Shown piece by piece: positions 13,840 to 25,215 of a DNA stretch of 53,741 nucleotides (positions within the stretch are counted from its first letter, which is position 1; each line of letters begins with the position of its first letter). Both the position numbers and the translations under genes were made by a program. The notes below the pieces were generated by a model. It did no database searches and was not told the origin of the DNA. It saw only the letters and a program-made list of their open reading frames with translations. The DNA is from Octopus bimaculoides (taxonomy: Eukaryota), in NCBI RefSeq assembly GCF_001194135.2, contig NC_068982.1, positions 126,436,773-126,490,513 on the forward strand, read 5' to 3'.

Positions 13840-14020
13840 TTAATCCACTACTCAGGAAGAGACTATTCTACAGTACGACCTGCCTTATCTTCGAAACGTC
13901 GAGTTAGAATAGAGGCAGCTGATGAATAATTCCAAGTGGCTTTCTGTTTTCCTGTGTTCGTTCCGTTGTCTAGTTCATTGTTCTAACGTCCTGTACCCTG
14001 ATATGTATCTATATACACAT
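13840..14020 (+). mobile_element. Penelope-like terminal repeat fragment
   Basis: tcttcGAAAcgtcg...gcagCTGATGA module followed by a T-rich tail into (TA)n; same layout as 21860-22040. Superfamily assignment is inferred. Confidence 0.4.
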
Positions 14021-14994
14021 GTAGATGAAAGTATATACATATATGTGTGTNNNNNNNNNNNNNNNNNNNNNNNNNNNNNNNNNNNNNNNNNNNNNNNNNN
14101 NNNNNNNNNNNNNNNNNNNNNNNNNNNNNNNNNNNNNNNNNNNNNNNNNNNNNNNNNNNNNNNNNNNNNNNNNNNNNNNNNNNNNNNNNNNNNNNNNNNN
14201 NNNNNNNNNNNNNNNNNNNNNNNNNNNNNNNNNNNNNNNNNNNNNNNNNNNNNNNNNNNNNNNNNNNNNNNNNNNNNNNNNNNNNNNNNNNNNNNNNNNN
14301 NNNNNNNNNNNNNNNNNNNNNNNNNNNNNNNNNNNNNNNNNNNNNNNNNNNNNNNNNNNNNNNNNNNNNNNNNNNNNNNNNNNNNNNNNNNNNNNNNNNN
14401 NNNNNNNNNNNNNNNNNNNNNNNNNNNNNNNNNNNNNNNNNNNNNNNNNNNNNNNNNNNNNNNNNNNNNNNNNNNNNNNNNNNNNNNNNNNNNNNNNNNN
14501 NNNNNNNNNNNNNNNNNNNNNNNNNNNNNNNNNNNNNNNNNNNNNNNNNNNNNNNNNNNNNNNNNNNNNNNNNNNNNNNNNNNNNNNNNNNNNNNNNNNN
14601 NNNNNNNNNNNNNNNNNNNNNNNNNNNNNNNNNNNNNNNNNNNNNNNNNNNNNNNNNNNNNNNNNNNNNNNNNNNNNNNNNNNNNNNNNNNNNNNNNNNN
14701 NNNNNNNNNNNNNNNNNNNNNNNNNNNNNNNNNNNNNNNNNNNNNNNNNNNNNNNNNNNNNNNNNNNNNNNNNNNNNNNNNNNNNNNNNNNNNNNNNNNN
14801 NNNNNNNNNNNNNNNNGGAATTTACGAAAAAAAACAACAGACGAGGACAGGTGGTGTAAACAACAAAGTGATGTATTAGTTTAACGCTTGGGAATACAGA
14901 AAGTCTGTAACGTTTCAAGCTACGCTCTTCAACAGAAAGAATACAGAGAAAAACACGGAGAAAAAAATTGAATGGTGTTTGGTCAGCGATTATG

Positions 14995-15260
14995 GTGGGT
15001 TTCTTTCAGTTTCCATATACTAACTCCACTCACAAGGCTTTGGTCGACCTAAGGTTATAGTAGAAGACACTTGCCCAAGGTGCTACACAGTGGGGCTGAA
15101 CCCAGAACCATGTAGTTTGGAAGCAAACTTCTTACCACACAGCCAGTACAAAACTTTAAGAAAAACGTACTGGTATCAATTTGTTTGAATTTGACAAAAT
15201 CCTTCAAGGTTGTGCCCCAGCATAGCTGCAAACTAATCGCTGAAACAAGTTAAAGGTAAA
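14995..15260. mobile_element. Two SINE A fragments: head on minus (about 14995-15150), tail on plus (about 15160-15260)
   Basis: gaagacacttgcccaaggtg...cttaccacacagcc is the reverse-complement head; caaggttgtgccccagcatagc...tgaaacaagt is the tail. Confidence 0.75.
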
Positions 15261-15579
15261 TGATAACAGAAGCTATTCAATCATTTTTACAACTCTTCTT
15301 AAGTATGCAATAGACCAAAAAGTAATATAATATAAGACATAACATCTACCATTCTAAGAGTGAATATCTTGATCATGAACTGGTAGAATTGGTTTGGGAA
15401 AATATTGATAGAATATTCAAATGTGTTTCTTCATTGGAAAAACTGTTTTTCTTACTGGTGCTGTTCTATTTGGGTAGAATGAAGCAGACCATCATCTGGT
15501 GTGTGATAGAATTACAGATTGCCAGATACTGTTGCTGACCAACAGCCAATGGCTGATCATTCATAGTCAATAATTATGA

Positions 15580-15805
15580 CAAATAAGGCAGTGAGCAGGC
15601 AGAATTGTTAGCCTACCAGGCAAAATGCATCGCGGCATTTCATCCGACTTTACATTCTAGGTTCAAATTTCACTGAGGTCAACTTTGCTTTTCAACCTTT
15701 TGGGATCAATAAAATAAGTACCAGTTGAGCACTGCTGTCAATATAATTTACTAGTCCCCTACCCCGCCTTGAACTTGCTGGCCTTGTGCCAAAATTTGAA
15801 ACCAA
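15580..15805 (+). mobile_element. SINE family B, full length with TSD
   Basis: Head aaggcagtgagc...gcagaattgttagc, B box ggttcaaatt, central gtcaactttgcttttcaacc, tail ggccttgtgcc. Flanked by near-identical aataattatgacaa / aataatcatgacaa. Confidence 0.85.
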
Positions 15806-16397
15806 TAATCATGACAATCAACATCCTATATATAGATCATAGTCCCTGATTCAGAATGAAATTTATTTATCTCCTATCATTAATGAAGTTGTATCATTAA
15901 CGTAGCAGATTTCTTTAGCGCTTCCTAATATTTTTTTTTTTTTTCCTTCTGATGGTCAGGTAAGATAATTGGGTTCTCCTTTTATTTTTCTCCCTTCAGG
16001 CATAGAAATAATTTATCCTTAGTGAAATCAAAGAGTATAAATTAAAATTTACTTACAATTAAGTATTCTCATCAAATGCGGTGTAGATGTTTTCCATCAT
16101 TAGCCTTTGTCTTTCTAGTGTCAGTCTCACTTCATGTGAATGTACATTCCAAAATGGCACTCAAGTTACATACATGTGGTCTTTCCATGTAATTTCTGGA
16201 TTAACATCTGTGAGTACACCATGCCACAAACAACATTGTACAAAGGAAAATCTCTCACTGTAGTGATTGACACCTTTATTAGGTGTTTAATTCTTGATTC
16301 ATTCATTTTTTTCATATAATGGGTGGGGGGATTATGTTGAATTTTTTTTTTTTATTCATTAATATAAGTATGTGACTGAAGATATATCATTTATATA

Positions 16398-16622
16398 TTT
16401 AACTCTTTTGATCTCAACCCACCTGAGACTGTTGTTGGTTCTTTGATGAAAAATCTTTCCATTTAAAGTGATCTGAATTAATCTTCCATCAAAATTTCAT
16501 GTTAATGTGTGTTCTAAACACCAGCTTAATAATGACAGTCATTTACTAAATTCTTTATTATTTCAAAAGTAATTGCAACAAAGGCTGTGTACTTCAAGAG
16601 AAATATAATAAAAGGGTTAATA
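16398..16622 (-). mobile_element. TTAA/CCC-terminated MITE (piggyBac-type, family 1)
   Basis: Termini ttaactctttt...aaaagggttaa; other copies at about 17400-17580, 18334-18568 and 22844-23220. Confidence 0.7.
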
Positions 16623-18333
16623 CTTGCTACTAGTTCCATAACCATGGACAAACCAATTTCTCTATATTGTACAGCTTCAGTATGAAGAAATGGAATGGTA
16701 GATAGTCAAGTAATTGTCTTCATTTTAAATCAAGAAGAAAGAGAGAGAGAGAGAAAGAAGGAAGTAAAAGAAAATATAGTCACTCATAGTTTTAGAAATA
16801 GGTAGAAACAATCCTGAATAAATCCAATTCATTTTGTGCCAAAGCAAAAGCAGTTAATTCAAGTTTTAATTCCAGAATGTTACAGAAATTTCCATCATTA
16901 GCCTTATCTTTCTAGCGTCAATCACACAACTTGTGTGTGTGTGTGTGTGTGTGCACGCGTGTATGTGTGTAAATTCTAAAGAGGCGAGTGAGTTACTCGT
17001 GTTGTTTCTGGGCCAACATCTGTGAATACAGCACACTACAAACAACATTGTGTGAATATAAACTTCTCACTGTAGTGGTTGACACATTTGTTTTTCTCTG
17101 TATAAGCAGTTTAATTATTGGTTCATTCGTTTTCATATACGGGAGTAAAAACATTAAAATTATTTCATCTCTCTTTTTTTTTAATGTTTTTTACTCTTCT
17201 TTCTCTCAAAAGTACCATTATATAGATATGTGAATCAACATAGTGAATTCTTTATACATATAATATTTGATACTAATGTCAAAAAGTCTTTTGATATATA
17301 TATCTGTACAACATAGGGTTTTATTTATTTATTTCATTGGTCAATTTAAGTCAGAAACATTTGAATTTTTTCTGGCTTTATTTATTTTTTGATTCATGGT
17401 ATTAACCTTTTTAATATCAACCCTCCTGACACTGCCCTTGGTTCTATGATACAAACTTTCTGTTTTAAAGTGATCTTGAAATATTCCATCCAAATTTCAT
17501 GTTGCTTTATAGTCCAAACGCCAGCTTAATAATAACAAAATTCTTCTACAAAATTTTTCATTATTTTCAAAATTTAACAATGGTAATGTATTTCTATACA
17601 AATATAGTTTAATAGTTTAACATGTTAGCTCTCACTTAATTATATGTAGAAAGCATCCTTTAGAAATTCTTTAAATTAACTTTGTTTTAAATTGCTTAAA
17701 CAATGAATAGTTTTTACTCAAAATGTTTATTCTAATATTTAGTTAAAACAAGGAAAACGTTTCACTAAGAAGGGCCAGTAAAAGTGAAAGATGTCCAGAG
17801 GTGTTAATGTATAGGCTAAAGATCAGACTCACAAATCACTGCATCCTTCTACTCAATTTTTGATCAATTTTGATTTTGAAATTGTCTCCCTTGCTTTTCG
17901 ATGACAAGAATTATCATTAGCATAAAATATTTTTCTTTTCATTGTAGACATTTTTTTTTTAACAGCTTTATTTGAGTTATCCTCCATTTTAAATTTTTAG
18001 AGTCATCAATAATTAACAAAAAATGTAGGTAAACAGGATAAATGGAATAGATGAGAACTCAGAAATACTTATTCCTTAGTGTAAAAAAACTGGACCCATT
18101 CAGCAAAATTTGAATATATTTCTTCACCAGAGATGTTATCTTTCATGTTGGTGTTGTTCTGTTTGATTGGAACAAAACCAACATCTCATATGCATTAGAT
18201 ATATTCTAACACATAGCAAGATACCATCTTCAACCACCAACGTAGCCAAAGGCTGATCATATGCAATAATGGTGACAAACAACTTCATACAATTGATTCC
18301 TGATTCAAAATTAGGTTTATTTCTTTGTTTTCA

Positions 18334-18568
18334 TTAACCCTTTTGTTAACATATTTCAATTGAAACATTCTACCTTTGTTTCAATTAATTTTGAGAATAA
18401 CAAAGAATTTAGCAAAATAACTATCATTATTATACTGGTGTCTGGAATATAAATTGACATAAAATTTTGATGGAAGGTTTTAATTCAAAGCACTTTAAAA
18501 TGGGAAGTTTTTATCATATTTACTAGGGGATGGTCTCGAGTGGGTTGGTATCAAAAGGGTGACACAGT
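18334..18568 (+). mobile_element. TTAA/CCC-terminated MITE (piggyBac-type, family 1)
   Basis: ttaacccttttgtt...atcaaaagggt termini; reverse complement of 16398-16622. Confidence 0.7.
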
Positions 18569-18730
18569 GCTGGTGTATCATCCACTCACCATATCATTTC
18601 CTTTTCTTTTCTTTCTTTCTGTGCTTACAACCTAGTTGTTCTCCCATTCTTCAAAACTAAAACTTGTTACAAAAAAAAAAATCAAGTGAAAATTAAAATT
18701 CATCTGGAATATTAATTATTCTCTATCATA

Positions 18731-19121
18731 GGCACAGGTGTGGCTACCTGGTAAGAAGCTTGCTTCTAACCACATGGTTCCAGGTTCAGTCTCACTGCGT
18801 GGCACCTTGGCCAAGTGTCTTCTACTATAGCCTTGGGCCAACCAAAGCCTTGTGAATGGATTTGGTAGACGAAAACTGAAAGAAGCCCATCGTATATATA
18901 TATGTATATATGTGTGTATGTCTGTTTGTCCCCTCCACCATCGCTTGACAACTGATGTTGGTGTGTTTACATACCCATAACTCAGCGGTTCAGCAAAAAA
19001 AAACAATACAATAAGTACTAAGCTTACAAAGAATAAGTCCTGGGGTTGATTTGTTCGACTAAAGGTGGTGCTCCAGCATGGCCACAGTCAAATGACTGAA
19101 ACAAGTAAAAGAATAAAAGAA
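18731..19121 (+). mobile_element. tRNA-derived SINE family A, near full length
   Basis: A box tggctacctgg, B box ggttcagtctc, CORE-like ggcaccttggccaagtgtcttc, internal (TA/TG)n, tail gactgaaacaagtaaaagaataaaaga. Confidence 0.9.
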
Positions 19122-19255
19122 TGTTTGCAAAGAATTCTTCACACCCTCTTCAGATGTACTTTGATGTCATCATCAGCATCATCATCACCACCACCACCAC
19201 CACTTTTAAAGAGAGAGTGTACGTTTCTTTTGGGAGTTTTGAAAAACTGGTTGAT

Positions 19256-19560
19256 ATCATCATCATCATCATCATCGTCATCATCATCATCATCGTCATC
19301 ATCATCATCATCATCAGTGTTTAACATTTGTTTTCCATATTGGACGGTTTGACAGGTACTGGCAAGCCAGGGAGCTGTTCAGACTCCAATTGTCTACTGT
19401 GGCATGGTTTCTGGATGCTCTTTCTCACATCAACCACTTTACAGAATGTGCTGGATGCACTTACACAGCACTGGCATGAGGGCATTTTATGTGGCACCGG
19501 CACCTGTAAAGGACAAGCCTGTATGTACAGATGACAAGGATTTTATTTGTCTTGACATGT
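19256..19560 (-). mobile_element. RTE-type 3' end with (GAT)n tail
   Basis: (CAT)n followed by gtttaacat...ttccat...ggatgc...caaccact; same 3' module as the RTE copy at 31603-32395. Confidence 0.7.
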
Positions 19561-19604
19561 CTTCTCAAGTACGGCAAATTGCTACAACTCCTGGTCCGTT
19601 GTTA

Positions 19605-19775
19605 TTTCCTCATATATGATGGGCATCCACTCAACTTCTGTTTACCAAATTCTCTCATAAGGCATTGGTTGGCTTGGAGCTATATAAGAAGACACTTGCC
19701 CAAGGTGACACACGGTGGGACTGAAACCAGGACCATGTGGATGGGAAGCAAACTTCTTACCACACAGTCACACCA
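19605..19775 (-). mobile_element. SINE family A, 5' part
   Basis: Reverse complement of the head of 18731-19121 (gaagacacttgcccaaggtg...cttaccacacag). Confidence 0.85.
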
Positions 19776-19786
19776 GCACTTTGATA

Positions 19787-20043
19787 TTTGTATGTATGTA
19801 TGTATGTATGTATGTATATATGTATGTGTGTATGTGTGTCTCTGTATGTACGTATGTATGTGTGTGTGTTTGTATGTATGCATGTATATATTTATGTATG
19901 TATGTATGTATGTATGCATGTATGTGTGTGTGTATGTATGTATGTGCGCGTGTGTGTATGTATGTATGCATGTGTGTATGTATGTATGTGTGTATGTATG
20001 TATGCATGTATGTATTATGCATGTGCGTGTGTGTGTGTGTGTG
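19787..20043. repeat. Compound (TATG)n/(TG)n microsatellite
   Basis: Visible directly; source of the spurious CMYV and HTYI ORFs. Confidence 0.95.
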
Positions 20044-20081
20044 TTATCAATGCAGCAATGCAAGCAAAATTACTTCAGAAA

Positions 20082-20689
20082 AACATTCTGTATATCTTAC
20101 TTGATGTGGACATATTATAGGAAATCACAAAACTGCAGTGTTCACCTTGAGAAAGCTTCTCTTACAAACGTATATATAGTGCTAAACAGCACAGAAGATT
20201 ATCAATAGCTGATGGAAACCATCCAGCAGAGATGATGGAATTGCTGAACCATGATTTCTGTGTCCTTGCACATCATCAGTAGCAAGTATCCAGTATCAAC
20301 TGCATGCTTAGACAAATTTAACCTGTTCTGATATAGAAAAACAATGATTAACAAATCATTGGTGTCACAAATAGCTGGCAGACTGAGTAAAAATTCATAA
20401 TTAATGGCAGAAGTCGTTTTAGTACAGAATAGTGTTCTGTGTGTCTTATGTAATGTGGATATACTGTAGAAAGCCACAAAACTGTAGTATTCATCTTGAT
20501 GACATGCAAAGACAGAGAAATCATGATTTAGCAATTCCACCACTGCTGCTGTGCACTTTCTATCTACTTCTGATACACTTCTGTGCTTTCTAGCACTATA
20601 TGTCTGTATGAGAACCTTTTTCAAGATTAACACTGCTGTTTGTGGCTTTCTTGTAGTATATCCACATTAAGTAAGAGATACAGAATGTT
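20082..20689. repeat. Foldback element with ~200-bp imperfect inverted arms
   Basis: Termini aacattctgtat / atacagaatgtt; arm about 20082-20285 is the reverse complement of about 20495-20689; a third partial direct copy lies at about 20445-20500. Confidence 0.8.
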
Positions 20690-21220
20690 ATACATATATA
20701 TATATATATATATATANNNNNNNNNNNNNNNNNNNNNNNNNNNNNNNNNNNNNNNNNNNNNNNNNNNNNNNNNNNNNNNNNNNNNNNNNNNNNNNNNNNN
20801 NNNNNNNNNNNNNNNNNNNNNNNNNNNNNNNNNNNNNNNNNNNNNNNNNNNNNNNNNNNNNNNNNNNNNNNNNNNNNNNNNNNNNNNNNNNNNNNNNNNN
20901 NNNNNNNNNNNNNNNNNNNNNNNNNNNNNNNNNNNNNNNNNNNNNNNNNNNNNNNNNNNNNNNNNNNNNNNNNNNNNNNNNNNNNNNNNNNNNNNNNNNN
21001 NNNNNNNNNNNNNNNNNNNNNNNNNNNNNNNNNNNNNNNNNNNNNNNNNNNNNNNNNNNNNNNNNNNNNNNNNNNNNNNNNNNNNNNNNNNNNNNNNNNN
21101 NNNNNNNNNNNNNNNNNNNNNNNNNNNNNNNNNNNNNNNNNNNNNNNNNNNNNNNNNNNNNNNNNNNNNNNNNNNNNNNNNNNNNNNNNNNNNNNNNNNN
21201 NNNNNNNNNNNNNNNNNNNT

Positions 21221-21690
21221 AGCTGAAAGAACCGCTCGTGATTGGTATGCCAAGTTCAAAAATGGAAATTTTGACCTCAAAGACGCACCTCATTCAGGCT
21301 GTCCAGTTGAGTTCGATGAAGAGCGATTAAACCAACTTTTGCATGTAAATTCTCGTCAAACAACAAGGGAACTGACAGAGAAAATGGAATGCTCCCACAC
21401 TGCTATAGAGAAGCATCTTCACTCGATGGGAAAGGTTCAGAATATGGAGCATGGGTTCCGCATGCTTTAAGTGACAACAACAAAAATCAATGAGCCACAA
21501 TCTCCGCTGGTTTGCTTGCTCATCACCGCTCAACTCATGGACACAAGCAATGATTTCTTTACCGTATCATTACTGGTTATGAAAAATGGTGCCTGTGCAT
21601 CAATATGAAGTAGTGTAAGGAATGGCTTAGCCCCGGTAAACAAGTGACACCATGCGTGAAACAAGATCTTCATCCACGTAAAACGATGTT
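21221..21690 (+). mobile_element. Mariner (Tc1/mariner DD34D-type) transposase remnant
   Basis: AERTARDWYAKFKNGNFDLKDAPHSGCPVEFDEERL... (HTH region), then after a frameshift WVPHAL and FLYRIITGYEKW (WVPHEL and first-D motifs). Stops present; 5' end lies in an N gap; 3' truncated. Confidence 0.92.
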
Positions 21691-21859
21691 GTGTGTGTGT
21701 GTGTGTGTGGACGTTAAACGAGATGATGATGAGGATGATGATGATGATGATACATACATATATATGTATATGCATGACCCTCCATGTTTGTATGTCTCCA
21801 CTGTCCTGTTTTTGTTCACAACTTTGACCCACCATAAATCCTAAATTCTATTTTAGAAT

Positions 21860-22031
21860 TTATGGGAGCAACTGTCTTTCAAGACTTATATTGTAGTTGA
21901 ATGCTCGAAATGAGGAGTAGATAGACAGCTGACAACTGATGAAGGGTGCTTTCTCAGTGTTTACTTGTCCTGTTTTTATGTTTTCCATGGGGTTTGCACA
22001 GTTGGTGATGTCGTGTCCCCATATATGCTTG

Positions 22032-22040
<9 letters not shown>
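21860..22040 (+). mobile_element. Penelope-like terminal repeat fragment
   Basis: GAGCA...TGCTC-GAAA stem, then CTGATGA at 21936-21942 and a T-rich tail into (TA)n. Confidence 0.4.
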
Positions 22041-22062
<22 letters not shown>

Positions 22063-22843
22063 TATTATTATTATTTAATTGAACGTCACAAGAAAACGCT
22101 TATCCAAAGTGCCATGCACTAGGACTGAACCAAAAACTAAGTTGTTGTGAAGCCCCTATAATGTTACAATAATTCTACAGTAAGCACATCAAATGCTGGT
22201 TTAATGTTAGCAAAACAGAACCTCACCAGCATGAAAGACAATCTCTCTGCTGAAGAAAAACGTTTAAATTTTCATGAAGACATCCAGTTTGGTATTTGTT
22301 CTAAAGAACATGAATTTTTATTTGCTCATCTGTTTCATTTATTTTTACCCAACGTTCTTGCATTTTATACAAACTATACACCTTTTTCACTGACTTAATG
22401 TTCACTTAAATTCACTGGTAACATAAATACAGCAATGAGATCATGTTTACAAATGATGGCAATAACCCTTTACACATATAATGCAGTGTACTTAATTTTA
22501 AGTTAAATTTTGTTGACATACAATACTTTACAGTGAATATAAATTGCCTCTACTCTTGAGGAGAGAGAGAGACAAAAACAAAAGAAACAGGTAAACAATT
22601 ATGATACGCAGTACCCAGAATGGGGTGAGAATGGAAGTGATGCAGTGAGTGATACAATTGTAATATATTGATAGAATATATTTGGGAAAATCTACACCTA
22701 ATCTTGTAACAGCAACAATAAAATCAAAAGGTAATAGTAGTATTTTTGTACAATAAGTCTTTAAATTTGACATATTTCAGTCTAATCTCGCTACCAAACA
22801 TGCTATTGCTGCTGTCACCCAGACATTGTCTTTCTTGCAATCT

Positions 22844-23220
22844 TAATCCTTTTGTAACCATATTTCTATTAAAATATACTGCTGTTATTTCAATTAATTT
22901 TTAAGATAATGAAGAATCTAATAAAATTACTTTGCTGCTATTAAAACAGAGTTTGAAACATGAATTAACATGAAAGTTTTAATTCAGATCATTTTAACCC
23001 TTTAGCATTCAAACCGGCCATATCTGGCTTAAATATTCTATCTGTTTTTTGTCCAAACTGGCCAGATCCAGCTTCTTGCACCTACCCTACATTGTCATTC
23101 TTAACTACAAGATAGTGTATGGTTAATTCAAAACAAAGTGATAAAATATGCATTACATTTGACAGAGTAATGTGAATGTTAAAGGGTTAAACAGCAAGTT
23201 TGTACTATTGAAAGGGTAAA
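22844..23220 (+). mobile_element. MITE family 1 with MITE family 2 (22998-23186) nested at TTAA
   Basis: The inner element has ccctttagcattca / tgaatgttaaaggg TIRs and TTAA on both sides (22994-97, 23187-90); the outer element resumes on either side. Confidence 0.8.
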
Positions 23221-24879
23221 AACTGAACTTGAAAAATTTTAAGTCCTACAAAGGGAATTCAAATTCAGGGGAGGCTTCTAACTCATTTTGGTATATTGTT
23301 ATGGACCACAAACCTTTAACTTGTATTATGGTTTTCTTTTATAACAAGTTTCCCCCAAATGAAATCATTTGGGATTTTTATTTCCTAGTTTAGTATCAAT
23401 GTTTCTTATATTAATGAAGCTAAGAACATGGATAGTGATATTGTACCATAGTGGTAGGTAATTTCTCCCTGCACAAGAAATAAATTTTACTTAGTTGACA
23501 ACAGATCAGAGCACAGTAGCTGTGTAATCCAGTTAATGAAACCTGCTACCCAACAGCAAATTTATGTGATTTCTCTACAGATCTGTTTTTAACTGAGCTC
23601 ATGTTCCATCAAATATCTCATACTTGCTTCTCATTGTTTAATCCTGATGATCAAAGGATGAGAAAGAAAGAATTTTTTTTATTATCAACCATTTTCAGAG
23701 GCAAGCACAAAAAAATAAAAGGTATAAAAATGATCATTTGAAGCTGTCTCTTATACCAATAATCAAAAGCCATGTTTATTTAACTCAAAGCTATCTGAGA
23801 GATAATCACCACCAACAAAAATAACGAAGACAGTTTACAAATATTAAAATGAAGGCCCTTTAGAGGAGGACTAAGAATAATAGGAATGCTTAGTAGACTT
23901 AATGTTTCAGTTAAAATAGGATATTTTTGGTTTCATTTTTTTCTAAATACCTGGTTGAGAAAATATTCCCCAAAAGCCTAGAATGTTCAAGAACAGTATT
24001 CTACTCATGTTGGTAAAAGATTTTCCTGTTTAGCTTCTTAGATTGGCTCAGATACTCTTTTCTTTTAGTTACATTTTTAGCTGTTTACAGCCTTAATATC
24101 TTGATCCTTATCTGATCAACCACTGTATCTTGTCATTCTTGAAACATAATTCCTGCAAAATATCTTATGGTACAGAGAAATGACATAAAATGGATGTGTC
24201 AAAATCAGAAGAAAATAATCTGGGTTTTTGTCTTTACAAAAACATAAATGAATGTTCTTTGGTAAACATGGAATCATTCTAAATCAAAATACCTTGTAAG
24301 TAAGTTTATTTGAAGCCTTTTTTTATGGTTACCAAATAATAAATGAAGTACATCTTTCCTTGTTTATCAAGGGTATTTGGTTCCAAAAAACCTCCAAAAA
24401 CACTGCATTAAATGATTCAGTGATAAATGAATCATAGGACATAAGAGAAAAATAGGTTTTGCTCCAAAGCTCCAAGCTGTCCTGATCATTGTGGATGGTC
24501 TCTGGGGCATGCTTATACAGTCCAAGCAGAATCTTTGCCTGATTGCTGACACTTGTTATCAGAGATTAATCCATGATAAGTGAAAAGTGTTACAACTGAG
24601 CATACTGTATTATCCCAGTTCAGTGATGAATGAATCAGTGAAAAACAAGGATAGCTGTATAAAATTTTAGATGTTACATATGCTTTAATCAAAAGAAAAG
24701 TTAATTTATCATCCATGTGGTTCCAAGTTTGATCCAAGTGTGCAGCACCTTGGTGAATATGTCTCCTGTTGTAAGCTTGGGTTGAAATTGGTTACTGAAA
24801 ACTGTCCAGAAGTTTGTCGTGTGTGTGTGTGGTATATCTTTCAGCAATGTATATTGGCAAAACATATAAGCATCAACAA

Positions 24880-25215
24880 GAAACCCAATAAGCCAACATT
24901 TTATGTCTGCTTTCCATGCTGGCATGGGTTGGATGGTTGGACTGAGGACTGGTGAGCCAGAAGGCTGCACCAGGTTCAATCTGATCCAGCAAAGTTTCTA
25001 CAGCTGGATGCCCTTCCTAACGCCAACCACTCTGACAGTGTAGTGGGTGCTTTTATGTGCCACTGGCATGTGAGCCAGTCAGGCAGTTCTGGAAATGACC
25101 ACGTTCAAAAGCTGTTTTTACCTGTTACCTGCACAGGAGCCAGTCCAGAGGCACTGGCAACAACCATGCTCGAATGTTGTTTTTCACGTGCCACCAGCAC
25201 ATGTGCCAGTAAAGC
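24880..25215 (-). mobile_element. RTE-type 3' module
   Basis: tttccatgctggcatgggttgga...gtttctacagctggatgcccttcctaacgccaaccactc; matches 33030-33330. Confidence 0.75.

Larger units (their letters stand above)
6600..14000. promoter_or_regulatory. CpG-retaining (probably unmethylated) promoter-like region
   Basis: 9 CpG in 10501-10610 versus about 1 in 16021-16620. Motifs: TGACGTCA 12136-12143; GCGCGCGTGCGCA 9657-9669; GGCGGGAA 6616-6623 and 7495-7502; TTCGCGCC 12976-12983; agATGGCtgc 10572-10581; TGGTCAAAGGTCA 12446-12458; CACGTG about 12483. Confidence 0.55.

Noticed and set aside
18731-18800. tRNA-like A and B boxes here and in other SINE heads
   Set aside because: No cloverleaf; they run directly into SINE bodies.
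19531-20208. Cys/Met/Tyr/Val- and His/Thr-rich ORFs resembling metal-binding proteins
   Set aside because: They are translations of the (TATG)n/(TG)n microsatellite.
20202-20633. 143-aa minus-strand ORF
   Set aside because: No recognisable motif, lies within the foldback, and about one ORF of this length is plausible by chance in six frames.
24350-24880. Coding-like stretches (DHCGWSLGHAY..., QHLGEYVSCCKLG...)
   Set aside because: Multiple stops and no recognisable domain; at most an unclassified relic.
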